A DNA stretch of 64,000 bases from Cyanophyceae cyanobacterium (GTDB lineage: Bacteria; Cyanobacteriota; Cyanobacteriia; Cyanobacteriales; Laspinemataceae). The translations under genes and the position numbers were made by a program. Positions 30,630 to 40,005 of this stretch are shown piece after piece (positions within the stretch are counted from its first letter, which is position 1; each line of letters opens with the position of its first letter). The stretch covers positions 192,001 to 256,000 of the forward strand of contig JBBQFN010000003.1 in NCBI GenBank assembly GCA_038321985.1. Direction: 5' to 3'. The notes beneath the pieces were generated by a model, which saw only the letters and a list, made by a program, of their open reading frames with translations, was not told the origin of the DNA and made no database searches.

Positions 30630-32222
30630 ATGGCGATCGCAATTGATTTTGGAACAAGCAACACTGTCATCTCGCGCTGGAATTCTGCTACCCAGCAACC
30701 GGAAACCGTTAGACTGCCTGGATTATCCTGGCAGTTGGGCCAAAATCCGCCCTTGATTCCTAGCTTACTGTACGTCGAGGATGCCTCCAGGCAACAAGTG
30801 GCGATCGGCCAACAAGTGCGCGATAAAGGTTTTGATCTCAAAACTGACCCCCGGTTCTTCCGCAGCTTTAAACGCGGCATCGGCACCGATATCCAGGGGT
30901 TTCTCCCAGAACTGGACGGCGAAATTGTCACCTTTGAAAAAGTCGGGGAATGGTTCCTCACCGGACTCGTGAACTCCCTGCGGCACGTCCCTCTTCCTGT
31001 AGACTCCTTAATCTTAACCGTTCCCGTAGATAGCTTTGAAGCCTATCGCCACTGGTTGGGACAAGTCTGCCAATCTCTGCAAGTCGAACAAGTGCGGATA
31101 TTAGACGAGCCCACTGCTGCTGCCTTGGGATATGGACTCACCGACGGAGAAAACTTGCTGGTTGTAGACTTTGGCGGTGGCACCCTAGATTTATCTTTAG
31201 TCCAATTAGATAGTAGCGCCGGTAAAAAGCCCCTGGGATTTCTCCTCAAATGGGGGGATAAACTCTTTGCTGAAAGTTCAGGACAGAAAGTTAAAACCGC
31301 TAGGGTTTTAGCGAAGGCGGGGAAGAACTTAGGTGGGAGTGATTTGGACAATTGGTTAGTGGATTATTTTGCTGAAACTCAAGGAATGGCAAAAACACCT
31401 TTAACAACGCGCTTGGCCGAAAGATTAAAAATTGAACTGTCTTTACAAAAACAAGCAAAAGAGGTCTATTTTAATGATGAAACTTTAGAGACTTACTCTT
31501 TAGAATTAGACCGCACTGGCTTTGAGGAAATTCTGATGCATCATCAGTTTTTTGAATCTTTGGATGATGCAATGAATCAGGTGAGTCAGCAAGCGCGGCG
31601 TCAGGGATTGGATTTTTCTGATATTGATGCTGTGTTATTAGTGGGGGGAACGGCACTGATTCCAGCGGTTCAGAATTGGGTCAAGCAATATTTTGATGAA
31701 AGCAAGATTCGGTGCGATCGCCCCTTTGAGGCGATCGCCCAAGGTGCGCTGCAACTCAGTCAAGGGGTAGAAATTAAAGATTTCCTCTATCACAGTTACG
31801 GTATCCGCTATTGGGACCGGCGCAACCAATGCCACAATTGGCATCCTTTAGTTCGGGAAGGACAACCCTATCCCATGAGTGAACCTGTGGAATTAATGCT
31901 CGGTGCATCCTTGGATAATCAGCCGAGTATTGAGTTAATTATTGGGGAATTGGGGTCAGATGCGGGGGGAACAGAGGTGTATTTTGATGGCGATCGCCTG
32001 GTAACCAAGCGATTGGAAACGGGCAAAATAGCCGTGCAACCCCTGAATGATAAAGAGGGGGCCAGAAGCATCGCTAAACTCAATCCTCCGGGACACCCGG
32101 GGAGCGATCGGGTTAAGGTGTTATTTCAAGTGGATGAACAGCGCTTTTTGCGAATTACGGTGGAAGATTTATTCACCAATCAAATCCTGTTAGAGGACCA
32201 AGCGGTTGTGCAATTGAGTTAA
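30630..32222 (+). CDS. Hsp70-family protein (non-DnaK, short)
   Basis: IDFGTSNT, DEPTAAALGYG, VVDFGGGTLD, LLVGG; only 530 aa. Confidence 0.88.
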   Translation: MAIAIDFGTSNTVISRWNSATQQPETVRLPGLSWQLGQNPPLIPSLLYVEDASRQQVAIGQQVRDKGFDLKTDPRFFRSFKRGIGTDIQGFLPELDGEIVTFEKVGEWFLTGLVNSLRHVPLPVDSLILTVPVDSFEAYRHWLGQVCQSLQVEQVRILDEPTAAALGYGLTDGENLLVVDFGGGTLDLSLVQLDSSAGKKPLGFLLKWGDKLFAESSGQKVKTARVLAKAGKNLGGSDLDNWLVDYFAETQGMAKTPLTTRLAERLKIELSLQKQAKEVYFNDETLETYSLELDRTGFEEILMHHQFFESLDDAMNQVSQQARRQGLDFSDIDAVLLVGGTALIPAVQNWVKQYFDESKIRCDRPFEAIAQGALQLSQGVEIKDFLYHSYGIRYWDRRNQCHNWHPLVREGQPYPMSEPVELMLGASLDNQPSIELIIGELGSDAGGTEVYFDGDRLVTKRLETGKIAVQPLNDKEGARSIAKLNPPGHPGSDRVKVLFQVDEQRFLRITVEDLFTNQILLEDQAVVQLS

Positions 32223-32541
32223 ATTTTTAACTCATCCCTAAATCAGATTGAGTCACAAACCAATTTAGCAAAATGTGCAGAAAGCCTCTGGCAGGCTTTT
32301 AGAATACAGGATAGCGAGTATTGCAGAACTTAGACAATTTCTGATACCTGAGTGGGAGCATCTTGCTCCCTAGTGCAGCAAGATAATATCGATTTGAAAA
32401 ACTTGAACATTAGGTTTACCAGCTAAAATATGGGTCCATAAAACAAAATTTTAGGTCATCCTAAAGTTATTTTATTTAATCCGGTATTTTTGTTTTAGAT
32501 TTCCCGAAAATAACCCCTAAACCACTTATTCATAAAATAGT

Positions 32542-35500
32542 ATGATTTCTATTCAAGGCTACAGAATTATTGAGAAACTGTATCAAAGTATTGACACTTT
32601 GGTTTATCGTGCTGATTCCGAGGTCGATCAAGGGCGAGTGATTTTGAAGGTGATGGCTCCCGAATATCCATCCCCCCGTGAACTGGCTCAATTTAACCAT
32701 GAATATCATCTGGCTCACGGTCTGAATTGCCCTCATATTGTACAATACCGGGGCTTAGAAAAACATCAAAATCGCTTAGTGATTGTCCAAGACGATTTTG
32801 GAGGTAAAAATGCCCTGGAATTGATAATCCAAGAAAGCTACTCTCTAGTTGACCGCCTCAAAGTAGCGATTCAAATTGCTCAAGGTATTGAAGAGTTACA
32901 TGAATTGTCAATTATTCATAAAGATATTAAGCCTCAAAATATTATTATTAATTTAGAAACGGGACAGGTGAAAATTACTGATTTTTCAATTGCGTCCCGA
33001 CTATCCAAAGAAACTCAATCTCTAGCCAATCTAGGGCAATTAGAAGGCACTCTAGCTTATATGTCCCCCGAACAAACAGGGCGGATGAATCGAACCCTGG
33101 ATTACCGCACCGATTTTTACTCCTTGGGGGTGACTTTATATCAAATTTTTACCCATTATTTACCGTTTGAAAGTACGGATCCAATGGAATGGGTTCACGC
33201 CCATCTCGCTAAATTGCCGTTACCGCCGAGGGAGGTTAATCCGGAGATTCCCCCAGTTCTTTCAGACCTCATTTTGAAATTATTAGAGAAGATGGCGGAA
33301 CGACGCTATCAAAGTGCATCGGGGATCAAAGCTGACTTAGAAAATTGCTTGAGTCAACTTGAACAGATGGGGACTATTACACCCTTTGTTCTGGGGACTC
33401 AAGATGTGGTGAATCAGTTTCAAATCCCCCAACACTTATATGGACGGGACCGAGAAATTGCTGCCCTACTGAATGCCTTTGAACGAGTCAGTCAAGGGGG
33501 GAGAGAACTGGTGATGGTGTCGGGATATTCGGGACTGGGGAAGTCAGCTTTAGTGGCAGAAGTGCATAAACCCATTGTGCGATCGCGGGGGTATTTTATT
33601 GCGGGAAAATTTGACCTCTTCCAGCACAATATTCCTTATGCTGCCTTTAGCCAAGGGTTTTCTGATTTGATGCGACAACTCTTAACGGAAAATGAAGAAA
33701 CCCTCCGACAGTGGCAGGAAAAGCTCCAAAACATCATCGGATCTAACTTAGGGGTGATGATAGATGTGATTCCTGAACTAGAAGCGATCGTTGGCCCTCA
33801 GCCGCCAGTTGTTCCCTTGCCACCCACAGAAGCGCAAAATCGATTTAACTTAGTCTTTGAACAATTAATTGAAGTTTTTTGTGAAGAAGAACATCCCCTC
33901 ATCTTGTTTATTGATGATTGGCAGTGGGCGGATGCTGCCTCTTTGAATTTGCTTAAAGGACTGATGAGTAATCCCGATCGTCAATATTTTTTACTGATTG
34001 GGGCCTATCGGGATAATGAAGTGAACTTAGGGCATCCGTTGATGCTAACTCTGGATGATATCGAACGCAGTGGAACAAGGATTAATCCGATCGCTTTGGC
34101 ACCTTTGACGGGAGAGGCGATCGGGCAGTTGATAGCTGACACCCTACAAACTAACCCAGATAATGTTCAACCGTTGGCTGAGTTAGTGCTGGAAAAAACC
34201 AACGGCAATCCTTTTTTTGTCAATCAATTATTGCAATCCCTGTACGATGATGGAAAATTGCAATTTAATAGGTCCCGCAGAGAATGGCAGTGGCAGTTAG
34301 AAGATATTAAAGCAGCCCAAATTTCTGATAATGTCGTCGATTTAATGGTGAAAAAGATTTATAAATTAGACCCAACAGGTCAAGAGTTGATTCAGTTAGC
34401 AGCTTGTATCGGCAGCCAATTTAATCTCAGGTTATTGTCTTGGGTTTATGAGCAGTCCCTAACCAAAACCGCAGCGGATTTATTCGGGGTGATTCAAGAG
34501 GGATTAATCGTTCCCCAGAGTGAGAGTTATCAATGGTTAGTGAGCGATCGCAACTCTTCTGACTCCTTAAATTCCTTAAATATTCAGTGCAAATTCCTCC
34601 ACGATCGCGTCCTGGAAGCCGCCTATACCCTAATTTCTGAACAACGCCAACAAGAAATTCACTTTAAAATTGGCAAACTTCTCCTAGAAAATATCCCACC
34701 AACAGAACGAGAAGAACATCTTTTCGAGATAGTCAACCATTTGAATCGCAGCCAACCCTTGCTCGGGGTGAGGCAAGAGGATGTAGGACTGATTGAGTTA
34801 AACCTTCAGGCAGGTCAAAAAGCCAAAGGAGCAGCCGCTTACGAAACCGCTTTAAAATATTTCACGACAGCCAGAAACCTGCTGCCCGAAACCTGTTGGC
34901 ACTCTCACTATCATTTAACACTGCAAATTTACCAAAACCAAGCTGAATGTCAGTATTTTCTCACCCAGTTTGACCAAGCAGAAGCTAATTTTCAGGAAAT
35001 TTTAAACAATGCAGATAACTCTTTAGATCAGGCAACAATTTATAATATCCAAGTTCTTCTTTATACTAACTTAGGTCAAAATTTTAATGCGATTGAAATT
35101 GGGAAAAATGCTTTAAATTTACTGGGAATTTATATCCCAAACTTAGATTTAGAAGTTCAACAAATGTTGGATTTAGAACGAGTAAAAATTCACCGCTATT
35201 GCCAACATAACTCCTTAGAAAATTTAAGAAAGCAGCCGGAAATTAACGATGCTAAGTCGCGAATGATTTTAACTCTCATGAGTAATTTATATTCTCCCAT
35301 TATCCAAAGCTCACCCAATCCAAACTTGTTTCCATTGATGGTATTAACATCAGTAAACTTGGCGATACAGTTTGGTCAATCTGATGTATCTGCATTTGTT
35401 TATAGTACCTATGGCGTTGTTTTAATTGCAGCTTTTAATGAAATTCACACAGGTTATCAGTTTGGACAACTGGCAATTGAAATGATTGAGCCTTATAATT

Positions 35501-37863
35501 CTCCCTATAAACAAAAAATATATAGTAACTTTGGGGCTTATATTAATAACTGGAGTAAACCTTCAACAAATAGCCTATTAATTTTAGAAAAAGCCTATTT
35601 TTTAGGAATTCAATTTGGAGAAATATTGTTTACAGTTTTTATTGCTGTCCATCTTGCTGTTATTTATTTTATTCAAGGACTTCCCTTAGCGGAATATGAA
35701 AATAAAATAACAAAATACATTAGCTTTGTCCAAAAGACAAATTATAAAAGTTTTGAAGACATTTTAATTTTTTATCAACAAATTGTTCGGGGTTTGCAGG
35801 GTTTAACCCATCATTTGACAAGCCTCAGCGACTCTCAATTTAACGAAGAAACATTTCAGGAAAAATTTTTGACAACCCAGAGTCGAAATGCCCAACATAT
35901 TTGGGGGGTGAATCGCAGCCAAATTTTGTACTTAAATGGCCAATATGGTCAAGCTAAAGAACATTTAATTGAATCTTCAAGCTATATCGACGCTAATGCA
36001 GGACTTCTGCTAATTTTTGAGCATAAGTTCTGGGAATGCTTAACCTTATTGAGTCTTCACCCAACCCTCAACTCGACGGAAATAGAAAGCAATTGGCTGA
36101 CGATTAATCAGAACCATCAACAAATCAAATACTGGGCAGAAAACTGTCCAGAAAACTTTCTCCATAAATTTTTACTGGTTTCCGCAGAAATTGCTCGAAT
36201 TTCTGGGAACGACTGGGAGGCAGTCGAACTTTATGATCGCGCCATTGAATCAGCCCAGGAAAATGAATTTATACAAATTGAAGCTCTAGGAAATGAACTA
36301 GCTGCTAAATTTTATCTCGGAAAAGGTAAACTAAAATTAGCGAAACCTTACCTGATGGATGCTCGGTATGCTTACCAAATATGGGGGGCTACAGCTAAAG
36401 TGAATCAGCTCGAAACAGCCTATCCCCAGTTGCTTTCTAACTTAGCCGAATCAGATAACAGGGGGATAAAAACTACCGAAAGATTAAATAAAACTTCAAC
36501 CTCTGCTACTAGCACTCACGTTTTGGATATTTCCACTATTATCAAATCCTCTCAAGCCATTTCCAGTGAAATTCAACTGGATAAACTCCTGGCTCAATTA
36601 CTGTATTTAGCCATTGAAAATGCAGGTGCTCAAAAAGGGGTATTAATATTATTGGACAATAACCAACTCAAGATAGAAGCTGCTAAACTTCCTGATGGCG
36701 AAGTTCAAGTCCTCGAATCTCTTCCTTTGGAAAATAATAATCTCATCCCTCCTTCTATTATTAATTATGTCTCCCGTACTCAAGAAAATGTTATCCTTGC
36801 TGATGCCTGCCACGAAGGTCTTTTTACTCGGGAACCCTACATTCAAGAACAGCAAACTCAATCGGTTCTCTGTGCCCCTATTATCAATCAGGGTAAATTA
36901 ATCGGAGTCATTTACCTGGAAAATAATTTGGCGACTGGTGCTTTTACTCCCGAACGAATTGAACTCTTGCAGGTGATTGCTTCCCAAGCTGCTATCTCTC
37001 TGGAAAATGCTCAACTCTACCGCAATCTCGAAGATAAAGTCATCGATCGCACGGCCCAACTCGCCTCGGCAAATGATGAAATCAGCGCCCTCAACGAGAG
37101 GCTGAAATCAGACAATCTCCGCATGAGTGCCGAACTCGATATTACCCGACAACTCCAGCAAAAAATGCTCCCTCGTCCTGAAGAATTACAGCAAATTCCT
37201 AACTTAGAAATTGCCGGATTTATGGAACCGGCTGATGAAGTTGGGGGAGATTATTATGATGTCCTCAACTATGATGGACGCATCAAAATTTGCATTGGTG
37301 ATGTCACCGGGCATGGATTAGAATCCGGGATGGTGATGGTGATGGTTCAAACCGCTGTGCGAACCCTTCTCGCCAATAATGAAACGGATTATATCAAATT
37401 TTTGAATACCATCAATCGCACGATTTATGATAATGTTGAGCGGATGAATGCTGATAAAAACTTAACTTTAGTCTTAGTGGATTATGCGGATGGAGTCTTA
37501 CAAATTAGTGGACAACATGAAGAGATTATTGTCGTTCGGGCTAATGGAGATATTGAGCGAATTGACACCATAGATTTAGGATTTCCTATTGGTTTAGTGA
37601 TGGAAATCAGTGATTTTATTACTCAAGCTGAAGTTAAATTAAATCCGGGAGATGGAGTCGTCCTGTACACCGATGGGATTACCGAAGCAGCTAATATGAC
37701 TCGGGAACAATATGGGCTAGAGCGACTCTGCGAAGTAATCTCTCAAAATTGGCAGTATTCTGCTGAAGAGGTTCGCAAAATTGTGATTGAAGACTTACGC
37801 AACTTTATTGGCGAGCAAAAAGTGTTTGATGATATTACCCTGGTAGTATTGAAGCAAAAATAA
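32542..37863 (+). CDS. Ser/Thr kinase - AAA ATPase - GAF - SpoIIE (PP2C) multidomain signalling protein
   Basis: HKDIKPQN/DFSIA/YMSPEQTGR kinase; GYSGLGKS and LFIDDWQWAD ATPase; GVIYLENN GAF; VGGDYYD, GDVTGHG, LYTDGITEA, DDITLVV phosphatase. Confidence 0.93.
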   Translation: MISIQGYRIIEKLYQSIDTLVYRADSEVDQGRVILKVMAPEYPSPRELAQFNHEYHLAHGLNCPHIVQYRGLEKHQNRLVIVQDDFGGKNALELIIQESYSLVDRLKVAIQIAQGIEELHELSIIHKDIKPQNIIINLETGQVKITDFSIASRLSKETQSLANLGQLEGTLAYMSPEQTGRMNRTLDYRTDFYSLGVTLYQIFTHYLPFESTDPMEWVHAHLAKLPLPPREVNPEIPPVLSDLILKLLEKMAERRYQSASGIKADLENCLSQLEQMGTITPFVLGTQDVVNQFQIPQHLYGRDREIAALLNAFERVSQGGRELVMVSGYSGLGKSALVAEVHKPIVRSRGYFIAGKFDLFQHNIPYAAFSQGFSDLMRQLLTENEETLRQWQEKLQNIIGSNLGVMIDVIPELEAIVGPQPPVVPLPPTEAQNRFNLVFEQLIEVFCEEEHPLILFIDDWQWADAASLNLLKGLMSNPDRQYFLLIGAYRDNEVNLGHPLMLTLDDIERSGTRINPIALAPLTGEAIGQLIADTLQTNPDNVQPLAELVLEKTNGNPFFVNQLLQSLYDDGKLQFNRSRREWQWQLEDIKAAQISDNVVDLMVKKIYKLDPTGQELIQLAACIGSQFNLRLLSWVYEQSLTKTAADLFGVIQEGLIVPQSESYQWLVSDRNSSDSLNSLNIQCKFLHDRVLEAAYTLISEQRQQEIHFKIGKLLLENIPPTEREEHLFEIVNHLNRSQPLLGVRQEDVGLIELNLQAGQKAKGAAAYETALKYFTTARNLLPETCWHSHYHLTLQIYQNQAECQYFLTQFDQAEANFQEILNNADNSLDQATIYNIQVLLYTNLGQNFNAIEIGKNALNLLGIYIPNLDLEVQQMLDLERVKIHRYCQHNSLENLRKQPEINDAKSRMILTLMSNLYSPIIQSSPNPNLFPLMVLTSVNLAIQFGQSDVSAFVYSTYGVVLIAAFNEIHTGYQFGQLAIEMIEPYNSPYKQKIYSNFGAYINNWSKPSTNSLLILEKAYFLGIQFGEILFTVFIAVHLAVIYFIQGLPLAEYENKITKYISFVQKTNYKSFEDILIFYQQIVRGLQGLTHHLTSLSDSQFNEETFQEKFLTTQSRNAQHIWGVNRSQILYLNGQYGQAKEHLIESSSYIDANAGLLLIFEHKFWECLTLLSLHPTLNSTEIESNWLTINQNHQQIKYWAENCPENFLHKFLLVSAEIARISGNDWEAVELYDRAIESAQENEFIQIEALGNELAAKFYLGKGKLKLAKPYLMDARYAYQIWGATAKVNQLETAYPQLLSNLAESDNRGIKTTERLNKTSTSATSTHVLDISTIIKSSQAISSEIQLDKLLAQLLYLAIENAGAQKGVLILLDNNQLKIEAAKLPDGEVQVLESLPLENNNLIPPSIINYVSRTQENVILADACHEGLFTREPYIQEQQTQSVLCAPIINQGKLIGVIYLENNLATGAFTPERIELLQVIASQAAISLENAQLYRNLEDKVIDRTAQLASANDEISALNERLKSDNLRMSAELDITRQLQQKMLPRPEELQQIPNLEIAGFMEPADEVGGDYYDVLNYDGRIKICIGDVTGHGLESGMVMVMVQTAVRTLLANNETDYIKFLNTINRTIYDNVERMNADKNLTLVLVDYADGVLQISGQHEEIIVVRANGDIERIDTIDLGFPIGLVMEISDFITQAEVKLNPGDGVVLYTDGITEAANMTREQYGLERLCEVISQNWQYSAEEVRKIVIEDLRNFIGEQKVFDDITLVVLKQK

Positions 37864-37869
37864 AGCAAC

Positions 37870-38105
37870 CGGGTAAATTTTCTGAATCTTACATCCGAAA
37901 CCTTAAGAACGACTAAAGTCGTTACTACAAACTGGGGAATTAGTCTTTAGTTCGTAGTAACGACTTCAGTCGTTTCCAGATTAATAGCGGGTAAATTTTC
38001 TGAATCTTACATCCGAAACTTTAAGAACGACTAAAGTCGTTACTACAAACTGGGGAATTAGTCTTTAGTTCGTAGTAACGACTTCAGTCGTTTCCGGATT
38101 AATAG
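37870..38105. repeat. Two tandem 118-bp copies of a REPIN-like unit (inverted pair of GTAG REPs)
   Basis: 37870-37987 and 37988-38105 differ at 2 positions. Each holds AACGACTAAAGTCGTTACTACAAAC ... GTTCGTAGTAACGACTTCAGTCGTT. Confidence 0.9.
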
Positions 38106-38120
38106 GGAGTGAAACGTGAC

Positions 38121-38636
38121 TTAATAATGAACCACAATCGGCGTACCCACTTCGGCCCAATTAAATAACCATTCGGCATGATTGACGGCCACATTTGTAC
38201 AACCGTGACTCACCGGAGTACCAAAATTGTCATGCCAATAGGCACCGTGAATGGCATAACCGCCGTAATAGTACATTGTAAAGGGAACGTCAGGAACATC
38301 ATAGTCATCCCCCTGCATCCGTGTGACTTCATACTTGGTTTGAACGGCAAAGGTCCCCGCAGGAGTGTCCGTCCCTTCTTTCCCTGTAGAAACGGTGACG
38401 GCATAAACGACTTTATTGCCTTCCCATGCCATTAATTTTTGTTCGGTTAGGTCGATTTGAATCCAGCGATCGGGGGAGGATTGCAAATCAAGCATCATCC
38501 GTGCAATGCGGTCATGTTCTACTGCTTGAGCGACTTGGGGTTGAGAAAATCCACAGAAAGCGGACAAGGTTAAGGCACTAATTGCGCCTAAAAGACGAAG
38601 GGGCCGGATACGAATTAGGCTGATGTTTCTTTTCAT
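38121..38636 (-). CDS. L,D-transpeptidase (YkuD family)
   Basis: Signal peptide; IQIDLTEQKL, VSTGK..TPAG, AIHGAYWH, SHGCTN catalytic motif. Confidence 0.92.
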   Translation of the reverse strand: MKRNISLIRIRPLRLLGAISALTLSAFCGFSQPQVAQAVEHDRIARMMLDLQSSPDRWIQIDLTEQKLMAWEGNKVVYAVTVSTGKEGTDTPAGTFAVQTKYEVTRMQGDDYDVPDVPFTMYYYGGYAIHGAYWHDNFGTPVSHGCTNVAVNHAEWLFNWAEVGTPIVVHY

Positions 38637-38741
38637 ATTTCCTCACACTTGAAGTCAAATTATATCTACAGGGAGTTGTTTTTAACGGCTGTGGTGTTGA
38701 CCAACCCGCCCCATCTACTTTTGGGGAGTTTTCTTTTAGAG

Positions 38742-39434
38742 CTAGCTACAATCTTGAAGGGGAGGATTTCGGGAGAGTGTCATCTCATTATGATTAAAAT
38801 TTTGTAGAGAAAGAGTCAAGATGCGAGCTTGGTCCGCGATCGCCTCCCAATCTTGCGCTGCGATCTGCTTTTTGGGAAATAAATCCCCGGAGAGTCCTAC
38901 CGCGATCGCCCCTGCTTTGAGAAAATGGACTGCATTCTGAAGATTAACCCCGCCTGTGGGAATTAAGGGAATATGACCGAGGGGGCCGTGGAGACTTTGA
39001 ATATAGTGAGGGCCACCGACCGCAGAGATTGGAAATACTTTAACGCAACTAGCACCCGCGTGCCAAGCCGTGACGATTTCTGTGGGAGAAAGAGCCCCAG
39101 GAATGATCGGAACTCCAGCAGCAGCAGCGACTTGAATCAGGGCAGGTTCGGTGTGGGGGGTAAACAGGAATTGAGCACCGGCAGCGATCGCCCGATGTAG
39201 ATCCCCCTGATTTAACAGGGTACCAGTGCCAATGGTGCATAAAGGTAAATCCAAACGCAAGATATCGATCAGGTCCTCAGCGCGATCGCTATTCCAGGTA
39301 ATTTCAATCAGATGAATCCCACCTCTGGCCACGGCTATTGCCATAGAATAGCCCAATTCAAAGGTGTCAGCACGAATTACCGCGATCGCACGGTGTTGTT
39401 GTAGCAATTTTAACCAGGACTTTTCAGACATCAT
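38742..39434 (-). CDS. eda: KDPG/KHG aldolase
   Basis: IAVIRA, IEIT, GTGT, PGALSPTEI, VKVFP, IPTGGV. Confidence 0.88.
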   Translation of the reverse strand: MMSEKSWLKLLQQHRAIAVIRADTFELGYSMAIAVARGGIHLIEITWNSDRAEDLIDILRLDLPLCTIGTGTLLNQGDLHRAIAAGAQFLFTPHTEPALIQVAAAAGVPIIPGALSPTEIVTAWHAGASCVKVFPISAVGGPHYIQSLHGPLGHIPLIPTGGVNLQNAVHFLKAGAIAVGLSGDLFPKKQIAAQDWEAIADQARILTLSLQNFNHNEMTLSRNPPLQDCS

Positions 39435-40005
39435 CCTTTTTGTCTCTACAATTTTGCCGGTTTGGAAAGGTCAAAACCCTGGTCATGCGACCTTTTTTTT
39501 CCCTACACCTGTTATCAGCTAGACTCAACTCCTCCCCCTCTTTTTTACCCTCCTTGTTATCCTAATAGAAAGAGCGTACCCAATTCTGATCCAGGGCGAT
39601 CGGGAATATTTCCCTCAACCATGGTAGGGTGCCTCAGAGCACCCGGGTATTGCTAGACTCCATCAGTTCTCTGCCTAAGACCCCTGGTGATGGAATGGTA
39701 TAACTGCTGGATCCAGGCTGATTTTTCCCGCCCCCCTAACCCTCTTGCCCAATCTACCGACCTTGAGCCGTCCCCCTGTAGAATGGGGTTTGGGCTTAGG
39801 TACGCCGATAACAAGTCCGATTATTACAACCCCTGTGCTAAGTTAACCCGAACTCAGAACCGCAATCTCTACCCTGAATTGTCAAGATTCCCCTTAAATT
39901 AATTCATGGGGTTGATATGAGCTACCTAAAATTGAGACTACTATTAAAAAGCGCAGGCATCCCTTGCCAGCCTATAGCCGGGATATTGCAAGCCCGTAGC
40001 CATTT

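Noticed and set aside
37870..38105. CRISPR array
   Set aside because: The repeats alternate in orientation and the intervening sequences are duplicated rather than unique spacers; no cas genes are in the window.
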